This document shows positions 1 to 9,637 of a stretch of 34,362 nucleotides of DNA, piece after piece. The translations under genes and the position numbers were made by a program. The notes beneath the pieces are model-generated. The model was not told the origin of the DNA, made no database searches, and saw only the letters and a list, made by a program, of their open reading frames with translations. Every line of letters starts with the position of its first letter. The stretch's first letter is position 1. This DNA comes from an uncultured Erysipelotrichaceae bacterium (GTDB lineage Bacteria; Bacillota_I; Bacilli_A; RFN20; CAG-288), in NCBI GenBank assembly GCA_902771745.1, contig CACXYG010000004.1, forward strand, positions 1-34,362, in the 5' to 3' direction.

Positions 1-2012
1 TCGGCCGCAGCGGCTGCGGCAAGACGACGCTGCTCAATGTCTGCGGCGGCTTGGATGGCTTTTCCGGCGGCAGCGTGAACGTGAACGGCGCGGATATCCG
101 CAAGGGTACCGATGCCCTGCGGAACCGGGAGATCGGCTATATCTTCCAGAACTATAATCTGAATCAGCTGGAAAACGTACAGGAAAATGTCGCTGACGCT
201 TTGCGCCTTGTCGGTATGAAGGACGAAAAAGAGATCCGGAGGCGGACGGAAACGGCTCTTGCCGCCGTCGGCATGGCCAAGTACCGTCTGAGAAAGCCGG
301 GTACCCTTTCGGGCGGACAGCAGCAGCGTGTGGCCATCGCGAGAGCTATCGTGAAAAATCCTCCGGTGATCCTTGCCGATGAGCCCACGGGCAATCTTGA
401 CGAGGCGAACACTCTCCAGGTCATGGATATGCTCAGGAGCCTTGCGGATGAGCATCTGGTGGTGCTTGTGACGCATGAGGCGAAGCTGGTTGATCTTTAC
501 TGTGACCGCGTGATCGAACTGTCAGACGGGCAGATCAAACGGATCTATGATAATGAGCACGTCTCCGGGCTGGATGCAGCGGGGCGTGATGAAATATGGC
601 TCGGCGGCATGCCGAAAAACGAGACCGTCTGGCGCTACGCGGATGTGGAATACTACGGCGAGGCGCCGGAGCAGCCGCTGCATCTGATCGTGGTCAATCA
701 GAACGGAAGATTTTTCCTGAAGGTGGAAAGTCCTGAGGTTCAGGTGCTGGATGAAAACAGTGAGATCCGCCTGCACGAGGGTGCCTATGAAGCCCGTCCC
801 GAGGCAAAGCAGCGCAGCCTTCTTGATCTGTCGGAACTGCCGCAGGTCAAGGCCGGTATCTGCGGCAGACTGTTTCATCTGAAAAATTCCCTGAAAAGCG
901 GCTGGGATGCGATCTCGGCCAAGCAGAAAAAGAAGGGGAACCGCCTGCTCAGGGCGCTCATGCTGATGTTTGCTGCGATTATCGTGCTGATGTCGGCGAG
1001 CTTCGGTACGAGCTTCAGGGAACGCGCCGAGGCGGAGGCATCCGTCGCCGGAGATCTTTATTATATGGACATCGGTGGCAGCAGGCAGCTGGAACGGATC
1101 AAGCAGGCGGCCGGACCTGAAAACGGATTTGACAGCCTGTATTACCTCAAAGGATACGGTGATATGACGCAGCCGCCGGAGTTTACCCTTGCACCGGGAC
1201 ATTTCATCACTTCCGCGGCCATGGACAGCCCGCTCACACTTAAGGCCTTTCCGCTGAACCGTGATCTGCTGCCGGAAGGCATCACGCCGCTTGCGGGAGA
1301 TGTGAAGGCCGAGGGTGCCATCCTGACAAGAGCAGCGGCCGATGAGCTCCTTTCCGCTTCTACGGTCGGGTATATCCGGAACTACCGGGATCTGCTCGGT
1401 CTTGAGCTATCGGGAAACCGTTACCGTGAAGACGGAGTGACGATGAAGATCGCTGCCGTTGTGGAAGGAAAGAGCAAAACCTTTTACACGGAGAATCTCC
1501 GGATCGCAGAATGGCTGATGAACAATGATGAAGATCTTCCGCTTTACAGGGTTTCTGCGCTTGAAGGGTATGAGGCGGATTTACGTCCGGGCCATGTGAC
1601 GGTGCTTGTCTACCTGCCGGAGCAGGCTTCCGGCGTCAAGGCAGGGGAAACCGTCTGGATCCGCGGTGTGGAGCTTACGGTTGACCGTGTCATAAATGCC
1701 TCGGAAAGCAAGAAGGAGCCGTTTTATATCCCTTATGATGACGGAAGCGACGACGTACACTACGAGCCGCTGGGTTGGTATGATGTCTGCTACCTGCTGA
1801 CTGATGAAGACTATGCACGGGTGATGCTTTCCCTTGGCCGCACAGATAAGAGGGTGACAACGATCCCGCTTTATGACCTGGACAGCAGTCAGGATCCCTT
1901 CCAGCGCTGGACAGCGGTCCTTCATGCAGCAGATACTGCCGCAGCGGACAAGGCCGCGGCAGCGCTCGAGGAAGACGGTATTGCTGCCATCACGCCTTCT
2001 GAGGCGCGCGAA
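1..2012 (+). CDS. Partial ABC transporter, ATP-binding domain fused to an FtsX/MacB-type permease region. The N-terminus runs off the window and the C-terminal TM bundle is missing, replaced by clpB sequence.
   Basis: The frame is open from nt 3 ([12 protein letters not shown], Walker A). [14 protein letters not shown] is at 306-347, followed by Walker [13 protein letters not shown] and H-loop VLVTHE. A TM helix [20 protein letters not shown] lies at about 945-1016, followed by a long extracytoplasmic-type domain. G+C is about 60-68% in spot counts, unlike the remaining window. The end coordinate is the estimated junction (+/-15 nt). Confidence 0.75.
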
Positions 2013-3794
2013 GCGGTCATGAAGGAAGTCGCTTCCTCGGAAGGTAGAATCATTCTCTTCATCGATGAAATTCATACCCTTATCGGTGCTGGTGCTGGTG
2101 GAGATTCTTCTCTGGATGCTGCTAACATCTTAAAGCCGATGCTGGCTAGAGGTGAATTGCATTGTATCGGTGCTACGACCTTAAACGAATATCGTAAGCA
2201 CATTGAAAAAGACCCAGCCTTTGCAAGACGTATGCAAAAAGTCTTGGTCGACGAACCTACCATCGATGACTCTATTGCCATATTAAGAGGTATCAAAGAT
2301 CGATATGAGCAGCATCATGGTGTAGAAATCACCGATGATGCCATCATCGCAGCCGTTACCCTTTCCAAGCGTTATATCACCGATCGTTTCTTACCAGATA
2401 AGGCTATCGACTTAGTTGACGAAGCATGCGCCAAGGTGAGAATGCAGATTGATACCATGCCAGAAGAACTCGATGAGATCAATCGTAAGCTCATGCAGCT
2501 TCAGATTGAAAAAGTCTCCATCAAGAAAGATGATTCTGAAACCGCCCAGAAGAGACTTGTGGAGATGGAAAAAGATATCGCGGAACTCACTCAGAAACAG
2601 AGTGAACTCACTGCGCAGTGGCAATCCGAAAAAGGTGATTCTGAAAAACAGAAAGAAGTAAAGAAGAAGTTAGATATTGCAAAACTCAACTTACAGAAAG
2701 CCATGCAAGATGCTGACTATAACACCGCTGCTAGAATCCAGAACAAAGATATACCTGAATTACAAGATGAATTAAAGAGAATCCTTGAGAACACCAAAGA
2801 AAGCACCATGCTTTCTGATAAGGTCAGCGATGAAACCGTCGCTCAGGTCATCTCTTCTCAGACTGGTATTCCAGTCTCCAAGTTAACCAAGTCGGAATCT
2901 CAGAAGATTCTCACTTTGAAAGATGAACTTGCCAAAAGAGTCATCGGTCAGGATGAAGCCCTTGACCAGATTTCCGAATCCATCATCCGTTCCCGTGCTG
3001 GTTTATCTGACGCCAATCGTCCAATCGGTTCGTTCCTCTTCTTAGGTCCGACTGGTGTTGGTAAGACAGAAGTTGCCAAGGCCTTAGCTGAACAGCTCTT
3101 TGACTCCGAAAAACAGATTGTCCGTATCGATATGTCTGAATATATGGAAAAAGAATCTGTCTCTCGTCTGGTGGGCGCTGCTCCTGGTTATGTCGGCTAT
3201 GAAGAAGGTGGTCAGTTAACAGAGGCTGTCAGAAGAAAACCATATTCCATCGTCTTATTTGATGAAGTGGAAAAAGCCCATCCAGATGTCTTTAATATCT
3301 TACTTCAGGTATTAGATGACGGCAGACTTACCGATGGTCAGGGTAGAACCGTTGATTTTACCAATACCATCATCATTATGACTTCCAACTTAGGTAGTGA
3401 ATTCTTGCTTAACGGCAATGGCAAAGAACAACAGGATCAGGTTCAGGCTCTTTTAAAGAGATCTTTCCGTCCTGAATTCCTCAACCGTATTGATGAAATC
3501 GTCATGTTCAACTCTCTTGGTGAAAACGTGGTGGATGAAATCGTCAAGAAGTTCCTCAATCAGTTGGTTCATAGACTTGCTAGTAAAGAAGTCACCTTCA
3601 CCTATGATGATAAGGCCATCAAATACATCCATGAGAATTCCTTTGATGCCATCTATGGCGCTCGTCCAATCCGTCGTTACGTCCAGTCTCATGTCGAGAC
3701 GCCAATTGCCACCAAACTCATCGCTGGTAACATCTATAAGAAAGTTTCTCTAAGCGCAGATGATAACGGTTTGATCTTCATCACCGATAATTAA
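2013..3794 (+). CDS. clpB: ClpB disaggregase, 5'-truncated fragment. It covers NBD1 from the Walker B region onward, the middle coiled-coil domain, NBD2 and the C-terminal domain.
   Basis: [27 protein letters not shown]...[38 protein letters not shown] aligns by eye to E. coli ClpB from about residue 265. The coiled-coil M-domain is present. NBD2 has Walker [10 protein letters not shown] and Walker [11 protein letters not shown], followed by [13 protein letters not shown] and YGARPIRR. There is no N-domain or NBD1 Walker A. Codon usage matches the host (AGA, GGT, TCT). Confidence 0.85.
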   Translation, partial: AVMKEVASSEGRIILFIDEIHTLIGAGAGGDSSLDAANILKPMLARGELHCIGATTLNEYRKHIEKDPAFARRMQKVLVDEPTIDDSIAILRGIKDRYEQHHGVEITDDAIIAAVTLSKRYITDRFLPDKAIDLVDEACAKVRMQIDTMPEELDEINRKLMQLQIEKVSIKKDDSETAQKRLVEMEKDIAELTQKQSELTAQWQSEKGDSEKQKEVKKKLDIAKLNLQKAMQDADYNTAARIQNKDIPELQDELKRILENTKESTMLSDKVSDETVAQVISSQTGIPVSKLTKSESQKILTLKDELAKRVIGQDEALDQISESIIRSRAGLSDANRPIGSFLFLGPTGVGKTEVAKALAEQLFDSEKQIVRIDMSEYMEKESVSRLVGAAPGYVGYEEGGQLTEAVRRKPYSIVLFDEVEKAHPDVFNILLQVLDDGRLTDGQGRTVDFTNTIIIMTSNLGSEFLLNGNGKEQQDQVQALLKRSFRPEFLNRIDEIVMFNSLGENVVDEIVKKFLNQLVHRLASKEVTFTYDDKAIKYIHENSFDAIYGARPIRRYVQSHVETPIATKLIAGNIYKKVSLSADDNGLIFITDN

Positions 3795-3798
3795 AAAT

Positions 3799-3842
3799 AT
3801 GAGCGATAACTTCTTTTTAAGAAAGCTATCGCTCATTTTTTC
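3799..3842. terminator. Bidirectional rho-independent terminator between convergent clpB and nth
   Basis: A 10-bp perfect stem, ATGAGCGATA (3799-3808) pairing with TATCGCTCAT (3827-3836), is flanked by an A-run upstream and a T-run downstream. It overlaps the last codons of nth. Confidence 0.6.
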
Positions 3843-4471
3843 TTTGAATAATATTTGCAGACTTCTTTTAACGGACAGAGATCACACTTCTCATTTCTCG
3901 CTAGACAGATATTTCTACCTAATAAGATGAACTGCCGATGCAGATGAATTGAGTGTTTGCCCTTAAAAAGGCGCTCCAGAGCCACTTCTGTCTCTTCTGG
4001 CGTCAATTTATCATTGACCAAGCCAAGACGATGAGAAACACGGAATACATGCGTATCGACAGGGATAAATGGATCATCGTATAACTCCGCTAGGACAACC
4101 CCACTGGTTTTATAGCCAACCCCAGGAAGAGCCATCAAGGCTTTTCTATCTCGAGGTAATTCACCACGATAGTCTTTTAATAAGATATCGGCTGTCTTAA
4201 TCAGATATTCGCATTTGGATTTTCCTAAACCTACTTTCTTGATGCAATCTAGAATCAAGGCTTTATTCTCTTGATTATAGTCTTCAAGTCTAGGGCACTC
4301 TTTAAACAAACGAGAGGTCGCTTCATTGACACTTTTATCCGTTGCCTGAGCAGAAAGGATGGTTGCAAAAAGGAGCTCATAATCCTTTTGATACTCCAAA
4401 AAGGTATGGGTATCCGGATAAAGCTCCTGTAATGTATTAGCGATGAATTCTACTTTCTTACTTCTTTCCAT
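3833..4471 (-). CDS. nth: Endonuclease III (HhH-GPD DNA glycosylase with a 4Fe-4S cluster loop)
   Basis: Contains the HhH motif LPGVGYKTSGVVL, the catalytic-region sequence VDTHVFRVSHRLG, and a C-terminal C-x6-C-x2-C-x5-C motif (CLARNEKCDLCPLKEVC). It lies downstream of dnaD, as in Bacillus. Confidence 0.9.
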   Translation of the reverse strand: MERSKKVEFIANTLQELYPDTHTFLEYQKDYELLFATILSAQATDKSVNEATSRLFKECPRLEDYNQENKALILDCIKKVGLGKSKCEYLIKTADILLKDYRGELPRDRKALMALPGVGYKTSGVVLAELYDDPFIPVDTHVFRVSHRLGLVNDKLTPEETEVALERLFKGKHSIHLHRQFILLGRNICLARNEKCDLCPLKEVCKYYSKKK

Positions 4472-5111
4472 GATACGTCCAGTCAGAATTTAAAAGGAAC
4501 TCACGAAGTTCTTCTCTTTGTTTGGTATCTTCATTGACCGTAGAAGCACCGATAGATTTTCTGGTCTGACTTCTCTGCATCTCTAAAATGAGACGGTCGG
4601 CTGTCTTAAAAGAGATATTACCAGCCTTGGTCAAAGATTTCTCACAAGCTTCCTTGATCATACCATCTTCGGCACCAGATTTGATCCAAGAGGTGACCTG
4701 ATCTCTTTCTAATGGAGTCAAGGAACGATTGGCGATACTTTCAATCTCCTGATACAAGGAATCAGAACGACGAGAATTTAAAGTGTTGCTTTGATTCTTT
4801 AAGACCATATCCTTGATGGCATCATCAAAGATTTTCTTCTTGAATTCCTCTAGCGAGGTAAAGAAGGCGTTGCCTTCATTCTTGATGGCGATATATTGTT
4901 TTTCCATCAAGCGAGATAAAGAATCATCAATCTTATCGCCATCGACCATGTAAGGAGAAAGAATCTCCTTGGTGATCAATGTCTTAGGTTCGACATGTAA
5001 AACGGCATCCGAAACAAACAAGACCATGCAATCGATCTCGTCTAAGTCATAGTTCTTATATTTTTTGATGAGAATGGATTTCCAATCCAAATCGTAAGCG
5101 TTAATGTCCAT
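4458..5111 (-). CDS. dnaD: DnaD-domain replication initiation/primosome protein
   Basis: The protein is 217 aa. Its C-terminal DnaD/DnaB_2-like region reads LTPLERDQVTSWIKSGAEDGMIKEACEKSL...ISFKTADRLILEM. The dnaD-nth adjacency is conserved in Bacilli, and the gene overlaps nth by 14 nt. Confidence 0.7.
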   Translation of the reverse strand: MDINAYDLDWKSILIKKYKNYDLDEIDCMVLFVSDAVLHVEPKTLITKEILSPYMVDGDKIDDSLSRLMEKQYIAIKNEGNAFFTSLEEFKKKIFDDAIKDMVLKNQSNTLNSRRSDSLYQEIESIANRSLTPLERDQVTSWIKSGAEDGMIKEACEKSLTKAGNISFKTADRLILEMQRSQTRKSIGASTVNEDTKQREELREFLLNSDWTYHGKK

Positions 5112-5117
5112 AATTAT

Positions 5118-5807
5118 TTACCTGTGCTCTATTATACAGCAATAGTCTTTCAAGTGGAGTTCTTCAATCATATTTTCTTGATATTTTTTAGGACATTTAT
5201 GTAATTCTTCCTTAATCTTCTGCGGGTTCAATTGACCTATCAGATGCTCCTCTTCTATCATGGCCTTCTTGGTCTCTTCAGAGTAAGTAAAACCAAGTTC
5301 TAATTTAAAGCGACAGGCACGAAGAATTCTCAGTGGATCTTCCCTCAATTTTTGATTGAAATTTCCTATTAGACAAATTATTTTGTTTGTCAAATCTTTT
5401 AATCCTCTACCAGTCGGATCAATGACATCAAAGTTTCCATCCACGTACAAAGAATTGATGGTAAAATCCCTCCTTCTAAAGTCTTCTTCAATCGTTTTTA
5501 CAAAGATGACTTTTCCTGGATGACGATAATCTTTATAATCGCTTTCTTTTCTCAAAGCAGCGATGGTTGCATGGTTTTTATCATGCTTGAAGGAAACGGT
5601 TCCATACTTTTCAAAATAGAGGGAATCCTCAAAGGCTTGATGGATTACTTCTGGGGATAATGAGCAACAGAAATCCAAGTCAGAAGTTTCTCTTCCCAGA
5701 AGAGTATCTCTGACACAGCCACCGACAAGATATACATTTTCTCTACCCAACTTACTTATGACTAGCTCATAAGTGGGTAAAAGTGCCTTATTTAGTGTGA
5801 TTTTCAT
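5118..5807 (-). CDS. Short class-II nucleotidyltransferase of the CCA-adding/poly(A) polymerase family, head and neck domains only (229 aa)
   Basis: Motifs present: GGCVRDTLLGRETSDLDF (GGxVRD plus DxD), RRDFTINSLY and EDPLRILRACRF. I moved the start to the ATG at 5807 (MKITLN), because the track's TTG start at 5822 lies inside the hup terminator hairpin. dnaD begins 6 nt downstream, so no body or tail domain is encoded. Confidence 0.7.
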   Translation of the reverse strand: MKITLNKALLPTYELVISKLGRENVYLVGGCVRDTLLGRETSDLDFCCSLSPEVIHQAFEDSLYFEKYGTVSFKHDKNHATIAALRKESDYKDYRHPGKVIFVKTIEEDFRRRDFTINSLYVDGNFDVIDPTGRGLKDLTNKIICLIGNFNQKLREDPLRILRACRFKLELGFTYSEETKKAMIEEEHLIGQLNPQKIKEELHKCPKKYQENMIEELHLKDYCCIIEHR

Positions 5808-5833
5808 AAAAAATGCCGTCAAAAGACGGCATT
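5806..5833 (-). terminator. Rho-independent terminator of hup
   Basis: The stem is ATGCCGTC (5813-5820) pairing with GACGGCAT (5825-5832), with a 4-nt loop. A T-run follows on the minus strand. Confidence 0.6.
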
Positions 5834-5857
5834 TAGCTCCTTTTTAAGGGATAAGAT

Positions 5858-6163
5858 TTACTTACCGTTGACTAAGTCTTTTAAAGTCTTAGAAGGTTTG
5901 AACTTGACGGCCTTGGAGGCTGGGATTTCAATCTTTTCATTGGTGTTGGAAGGATTGACACCAGTTCTTGCTGGACGTTCAACTAAAACGAACTGACCGA
6001 AGCCGGCGATTTTGACTGCGCCGTATTCTGGATCAACTAAGCCCTGAGCGATAGCGGCGAAGACAATTTCGATTGCCTTGGTAGCTTCACCCTTCTGCAT
6101 TCTGCCAGTAGTAGCTAACTGTTCAGCTAAATCTTCTTTCGTAATCAACTTTTTTTCTGCCAT
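5858..6163 (-). CDS. hup: HU-type nucleoid-associated DNA-binding protein (101 aa)
   Basis: MAEKKLITKEDLAEQLA...GFGQFVLVERPARTGVNPSNTNEKIEIPASKAVKFKPSKTLKDLV is a classic HU/IHF fold signature. The start was reset to the ATG at 6163, which is preceded by AAAGGTGGG. Confidence 0.9.
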   Translation of the reverse strand: MAEKKLITKEDLAEQLATTGRMQKGEATKAIEIVFAAIAQGLVDPEYGAVKIAGFGQFVLVERPARTGVNPSNTNEKIEIPASKAVKFKPSKTLKDLVNGK

Positions 6164-6191
6164 GGTTCTTTGCCCACCTTTCTTTAAAAAA

Positions 6192-6220
6192 AGATTAACA
6201 CAACTCTTTTTAAATTTCAA
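6192..6220 (-). promoter_or_regulatory. Candidate sigma-A promoter of hup
   Basis: On the minus strand, a TTGAAA -35 (6215-6220) is separated by a 17-nt spacer from a TGtTAATCT extended -10 (-10 hexamer at 6192-6197). Confidence 0.35.
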
Positions 6221-6245
6221 TTTATTTCGTGAACATCGCTATTTT

Positions 6246-7238
6246 TTAATGTTCCGACTTGAGCTTTCTGACCATGGTTTCATGGACCATTTGGGATGGT
6301 TTTTGACCTTCGAAGAGAACCGAATAGACCCCGTTTAGAATGGGCATGGAAATCCCTAATTTGTCTGCCAAAGCCTTGGCATATTTGCAGGTGACGACAC
6401 CTTCAACGGTTTTTTTATTCGCTTTTAAGACATCATTTGCGTCATCTTTTTGCCCGATTTGTAAACCTAAGTAAAAATTACGACTTTTTGGGGAAGAGCA
6501 GGTGAGTAAAAGATCACCAATACCGGTCAATCCATAGAAGGTTTCAACCTTGCCGCCAAGGGCTACACCAAGACGAATGATCTCATGTAAACCGCGGGTG
6601 ACAAGGGCCGCTTTGGCGTTTTCACCCTCACCAAGCCCATAAATTGCACCACCAGCGATGGCGATGACATTCTTTAACGCGGCGCCGATCTGACAACCGA
6701 TTTCATCATCGTTGGTATAGATTCTGAAGGTTTCACAAGAGAAGGCCTTCTGCACCTTGATGGCAGCTTCTTCGTTAGAGGAGACAGCAACAATAGCCGT
6801 GACTTTATCCTGGATGACCTCTTCAGCAAAGCTCGGACCGATAATTGAGACCACGCTCTCGACATACTGCGAAGGCAATTCTTCTTTTAAGACGTTGCTT
6901 AACGGCTCAAAGGTGTCACAATCTAAACCTTTGGTCGCCGATAAGATCATCACTTTATGGTCCAATAAGGAAGCAACTTCTTTTGCCTTAGAGCGCATGA
7001 CACTCGAAGGAATACAAAAGAGAATCATATCAGAGTCTTTTAAACCACTCTTCATATCGGTGGTAAAAGAGATGCGTTCATTTAAAACAATGTCCGGAAA
7101 ATACCGGACATTGATATGACGCTGATTATCAAAGGAAGTAAGATCTCTGCCGATGAGAACACATTCATGTTCACTTTTCGCAAAGACATGAGCAAGGGCA
7201 GTTGCCCAGCTACCAGAACCGATAATCGCTATTTTCAT
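6246..7238 (-). CDS. gpsA: NAD(P)H-dependent glycerol-3-phosphate dehydrogenase
   Basis: Has the N-terminal Rossmann motif MKIAIIGSGSWATALA, plus GLTGIGDLLLTCSSPKSRN and KTVEGV motifs. The der-gpsA order matches Bacillus. Confidence 0.92.
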   Translation of the reverse strand: MKIAIIGSGSWATALAHVFAKSEHECVLIGRDLTSFDNQRHINVRYFPDIVLNERISFTTDMKSGLKDSDMILFCIPSSVMRSKAKEVASLLDHKVMILSATKGLDCDTFEPLSNVLKEELPSQYVESVVSIIGPSFAEEVIQDKVTAIVAVSSNEEAAIKVQKAFSCETFRIYTNDDEIGCQIGAALKNVIAIAGGAIYGLGEGENAKAALVTRGLHEIIRLGVALGGKVETFYGLTGIGDLLLTCSSPKSRNFYLGLQIGQKDDANDVLKANKKTVEGVVTCKYAKALADKLGISMPILNGVYSVLFEGQKPSQMVHETMVRKLKSEH

Positions 7239-7243
7239 GATAT

Positions 7244-8575
7244 TTATTTCTTTTTGAGCATATCATCACGCTTGGAACGGATGAGAAGCTTAATCGGGCA
7301 GTTATCAAAACCAAACTGGGTACGGATGACGTTTTCCAGATATCTCTGATAAGAGAAATGGAAGTAGTTTGGATTGTTGCAGAACATGACAAAGGTGGGT
7401 GGAACATCCTTGGATTGAGTGCAATAGGAAATCTTTAAACGACCACCGTTGAAGTCTGGTGCTTCATTATCCATCTGGGCTTTCAAGATGACGGAGTTGA
7501 GCAAGCTGGATGGGATGGTCTTATGCATATTCTCATCCACGGCATTCATGGCGTTGAAGATCTTCTGGATGTTGGAACCAGTCAAAGCGGAGACAAAGAC
7601 GACTGGAGCATAGTTGAGGAACTTAAAGAAGGTTCTCAGCTCAGTCTCAAACTTCTTCTGGGCGTCTTGAGTATGAGGAACCAAATCCCACTTGTTGACG
7701 ACGATGATGACCGGTTTATGATTATCGATGGCATAGCTGGAGACATGGATATCCTGAGAGACCAAGCCTTCACTAGCATCGACTAATAAAAGGATGATAT
7801 CTGCTCTTTTTGCGGCATCAGCAGAACGGATGACAGCAAACTTATCCAAGTCTTCTTCCACCTTGCCGGGACGCTTGATACCAGCCGTATCGATCATGAC
7901 ATATTTCTTGCCTTCTCTTTCAAACTGGATATCGACGCTGTCTCTGGTGGTACCAGACATCGGAGAGGTGATGACTCTATTACTTCCGATGATCTTATTA
8001 GCCAAAGAGGACTTACCGACATTTGGTCTACCAAGCAAAGCAAACGTAAGACAGTCCTTATAAGGATTGACTTCAACCTTTGGAAGACGAGCGATGATAT
8101 CATCAAGCATATCACCAAGGCCGATACCGTGTTCTGCGGAAATCACATAAGGATCATCAAAACCTAACTGATAGAAGTCATAAGCGTTACCTAAAAGAGT
8201 GTTGTCATCAATCTTGTTGACGACGAGCATGACCTTATCACGATAAGGATATAACTTCTTAGCGACAAAGACGTCATTGTTGGTTAAACCCGCTCTGCCA
8301 TCGACGACAAAGAGAATCAAATCCGCCTGTTGACAACCCAGTTCTACCTGAGCCTGAACTTCCTTCTGGAAAGGAATGTTCTCACCAGTGACACCACCAG
8401 TATCAATCAAAGTAAATTCCTTATCCAGCCAATGACCAGTACCATAGTTTCTATCACGAGTGATTCCAAACTGACGGCCGGTGATCTCCTGACGGGAATC
8501 GGATAAACGATTGAACAGAGTGGACTTACCACTGCTGGGAGAACCGACTAAAGCGACTGTACCATATTGTTCCAT
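7244..8575 (-). CDS. der: Ribosome-associated GTPase Der/EngA (two tandem GTPase domains plus a KH-like C-terminal domain)
   Basis: P-loops are GSPSSGKSTLFNRL and GRPNVGKSSLANKI. DTGG/DTAG and NKID/NKWD motifs are each present twice. Confidence 0.92.
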   Translation of the reverse strand: MEQYGTVALVGSPSSGKSTLFNRLSDSRQEITGRQFGITRDRNYGTGHWLDKEFTLIDTGGVTGENIPFQKEVQAQVELGCQQADLILFVVDGRAGLTNNDVFVAKKLYPYRDKVMLVVNKIDDNTLLGNAYDFYQLGFDDPYVISAEHGIGLGDMLDDIIARLPKVEVNPYKDCLTFALLGRPNVGKSSLANKIIGSNRVITSPMSGTTRDSVDIQFEREGKKYVMIDTAGIKRPGKVEEDLDKFAVIRSADAAKRADIILLLVDASEGLVSQDIHVSSYAIDNHKPVIIVVNKWDLVPHTQDAQKKFETELRTFFKFLNYAPVVFVSALTGSNIQKIFNAMNAVDENMHKTIPSSLLNSVILKAQMDNEAPDFNGGRLKISYCTQSKDVPPTFVMFCNNPNYFHFSYQRYLENVIRTQFGFDNCPIKLLIRSKRDDMLKKK

Positions 8576-9246
8576 ACTTCTTCACCTACTTTCTTTCTGA
8601 AGAGCGTGATGATGGCTTCGACTTCTTCCTCGATGGTCAAATCCGAGGTGTCGAGTTCAATAGCGTCATCCGCCTTCTTTAAAGGAGAGTTTTCACGATG
8701 AGAATCGATGTAATCTCTCTTTTCAATATCTTTCTGAATCTCTTCCACAGAGGCGTTGGAGATTCCTTTTTCAACGTTTTCTTTCTGTCTGCGGACAGCT
8801 CTAGCATAACTAGAGGCGATTTGATAAATTTTCAAGGTCGCATCTTGTAAGACGACAGTTCCGATATCTCTACCATCCATGATGACGTTTTCACTCTTGG
8901 CCATCTCGCGCTGAAGTTCGACCAGCTTCTCTCTGACTTCCTTATGCGCGCAGGCATAAGAGACCTGAGAGGAAACATCAGGCATTCTGACTCTGGAAGT
9001 GACATCTTTTCCATTGAGATAGACTCTACCTTCTCTATCTTCCTTGATATCACATTCATCTAAGATGGATTTGGCAGCCTCTCTATCCTTGGTGTCTAGA
9101 CCTTTTTCCAACATGAGAAGCGTGACAGCACGATACATGGCACCGGTGTCGACATAAAGGAAGTTGAGACGCTTGGAGATGATTTTGGCGGCGGTGGATT
9201 TACCGCTGGCTGCGGGGCCATCAATGGCAATTGAATAATGGTTCAT
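8548..9246 (-). CDS. cmk: Cytidylate kinase
   Basis: IAIDGPAASGKSTAAKIISKRLNFLYVDTGAMYRA is the canonical Cmk N-terminus. The 3' end overlaps the der start by 28 nt. Confidence 0.9.
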   Translation of the reverse strand: MNHYSIAIDGPAASGKSTAAKIISKRLNFLYVDTGAMYRAVTLLMLEKGLDTKDREAAKSILDECDIKEDREGRVYLNGKDVTSRVRMPDVSSQVSYACAHKEVREKLVELQREMAKSENVIMDGRDIGTVVLQDATLKIYQIASSYARAVRRQKENVEKGISNASVEEIQKDIEKRDYIDSHRENSPLKKADDAIELDTSDLTIEEEVEAIITLFRKKVGEEVWNNMVQSL

Positions 9247-9247
9247 T

Positions 9248-9637
9248 TTAAAATACTCCTGTCACAAATAAAACGATAAAGGTCGCAACAATCAATAGAA
9301 TCGGGATAAAGACAAGTAGAAGAATTCCGCCTTGGGTCCAGGTGTGTTCTTTCTTCTTTCTCTCTTTTTGTTTTTGCTTATATCGTTTGTTCAGCTCTTT
9401 CTTTTCACTTTCTTGAGAATAGTTTTCATGAGAGGCAATCAGTTCATCAAGAGTGACAGAAAGCGTGTTTTTCTTAATGCCATCCTTAGAAGGGATGGGA
9501 TTTTCTTCACTAGCGAGGTGATTTACGGGTGGAAGATTTTTGGCGATGTCATCTTGCTCAACAAAAGAATAGACGTCCATATTGGAAATCTTTTTCCTCA
9601 AAGATTGATATTTGATGACGCGACTTTTTTTCTCCAT
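9248..9637 (-). CDS. Hypothetical Lys-rich protein with a single C-terminal TM anchor (129 aa)
   Basis: The ORF is tightly packed 1 nt upstream of cmk. Its C-terminus is a hydrophobic helix (GGILLLVFIPILLIVATFIVLFVTGVF), preceded by KQKQKERKKKEH. I recognise no family. Confidence 0.5.
   Translation of the reverse strand: MEKKSRVIKYQSLRKKISNMDVYSFVEQDDIAKNLPPVNHLASEENPIPSKDGIKKNTLSVTLDELIASHENYSQESEKKELNKRYKQKQKERKKKEHTWTQGGILLLVFIPILLIVATFIVLFVTGVF

Noticed and set aside
164-2075. Three sizeable antisense ORFs (164-424, 522-1202, 1581-2075) on the minus strand of the GC-rich left segment
   Set aside because: High-GC DNA yields long stop-free antisense frames. Their products are Arg/Pro/Ala-rich with no motifs, whereas the plus strand carries unmistakable ABC motifs.
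6078-8120. Multiple 60-120-aa ORFs antisense to or overlapping hup, gpsA and der (for example 6078-6338, 6757-7119, 7523-7786, 7794-8063)
   Set aside because: All are nested within strongly supported housekeeping CDSs, and they have no start signals or recognisable motifs.
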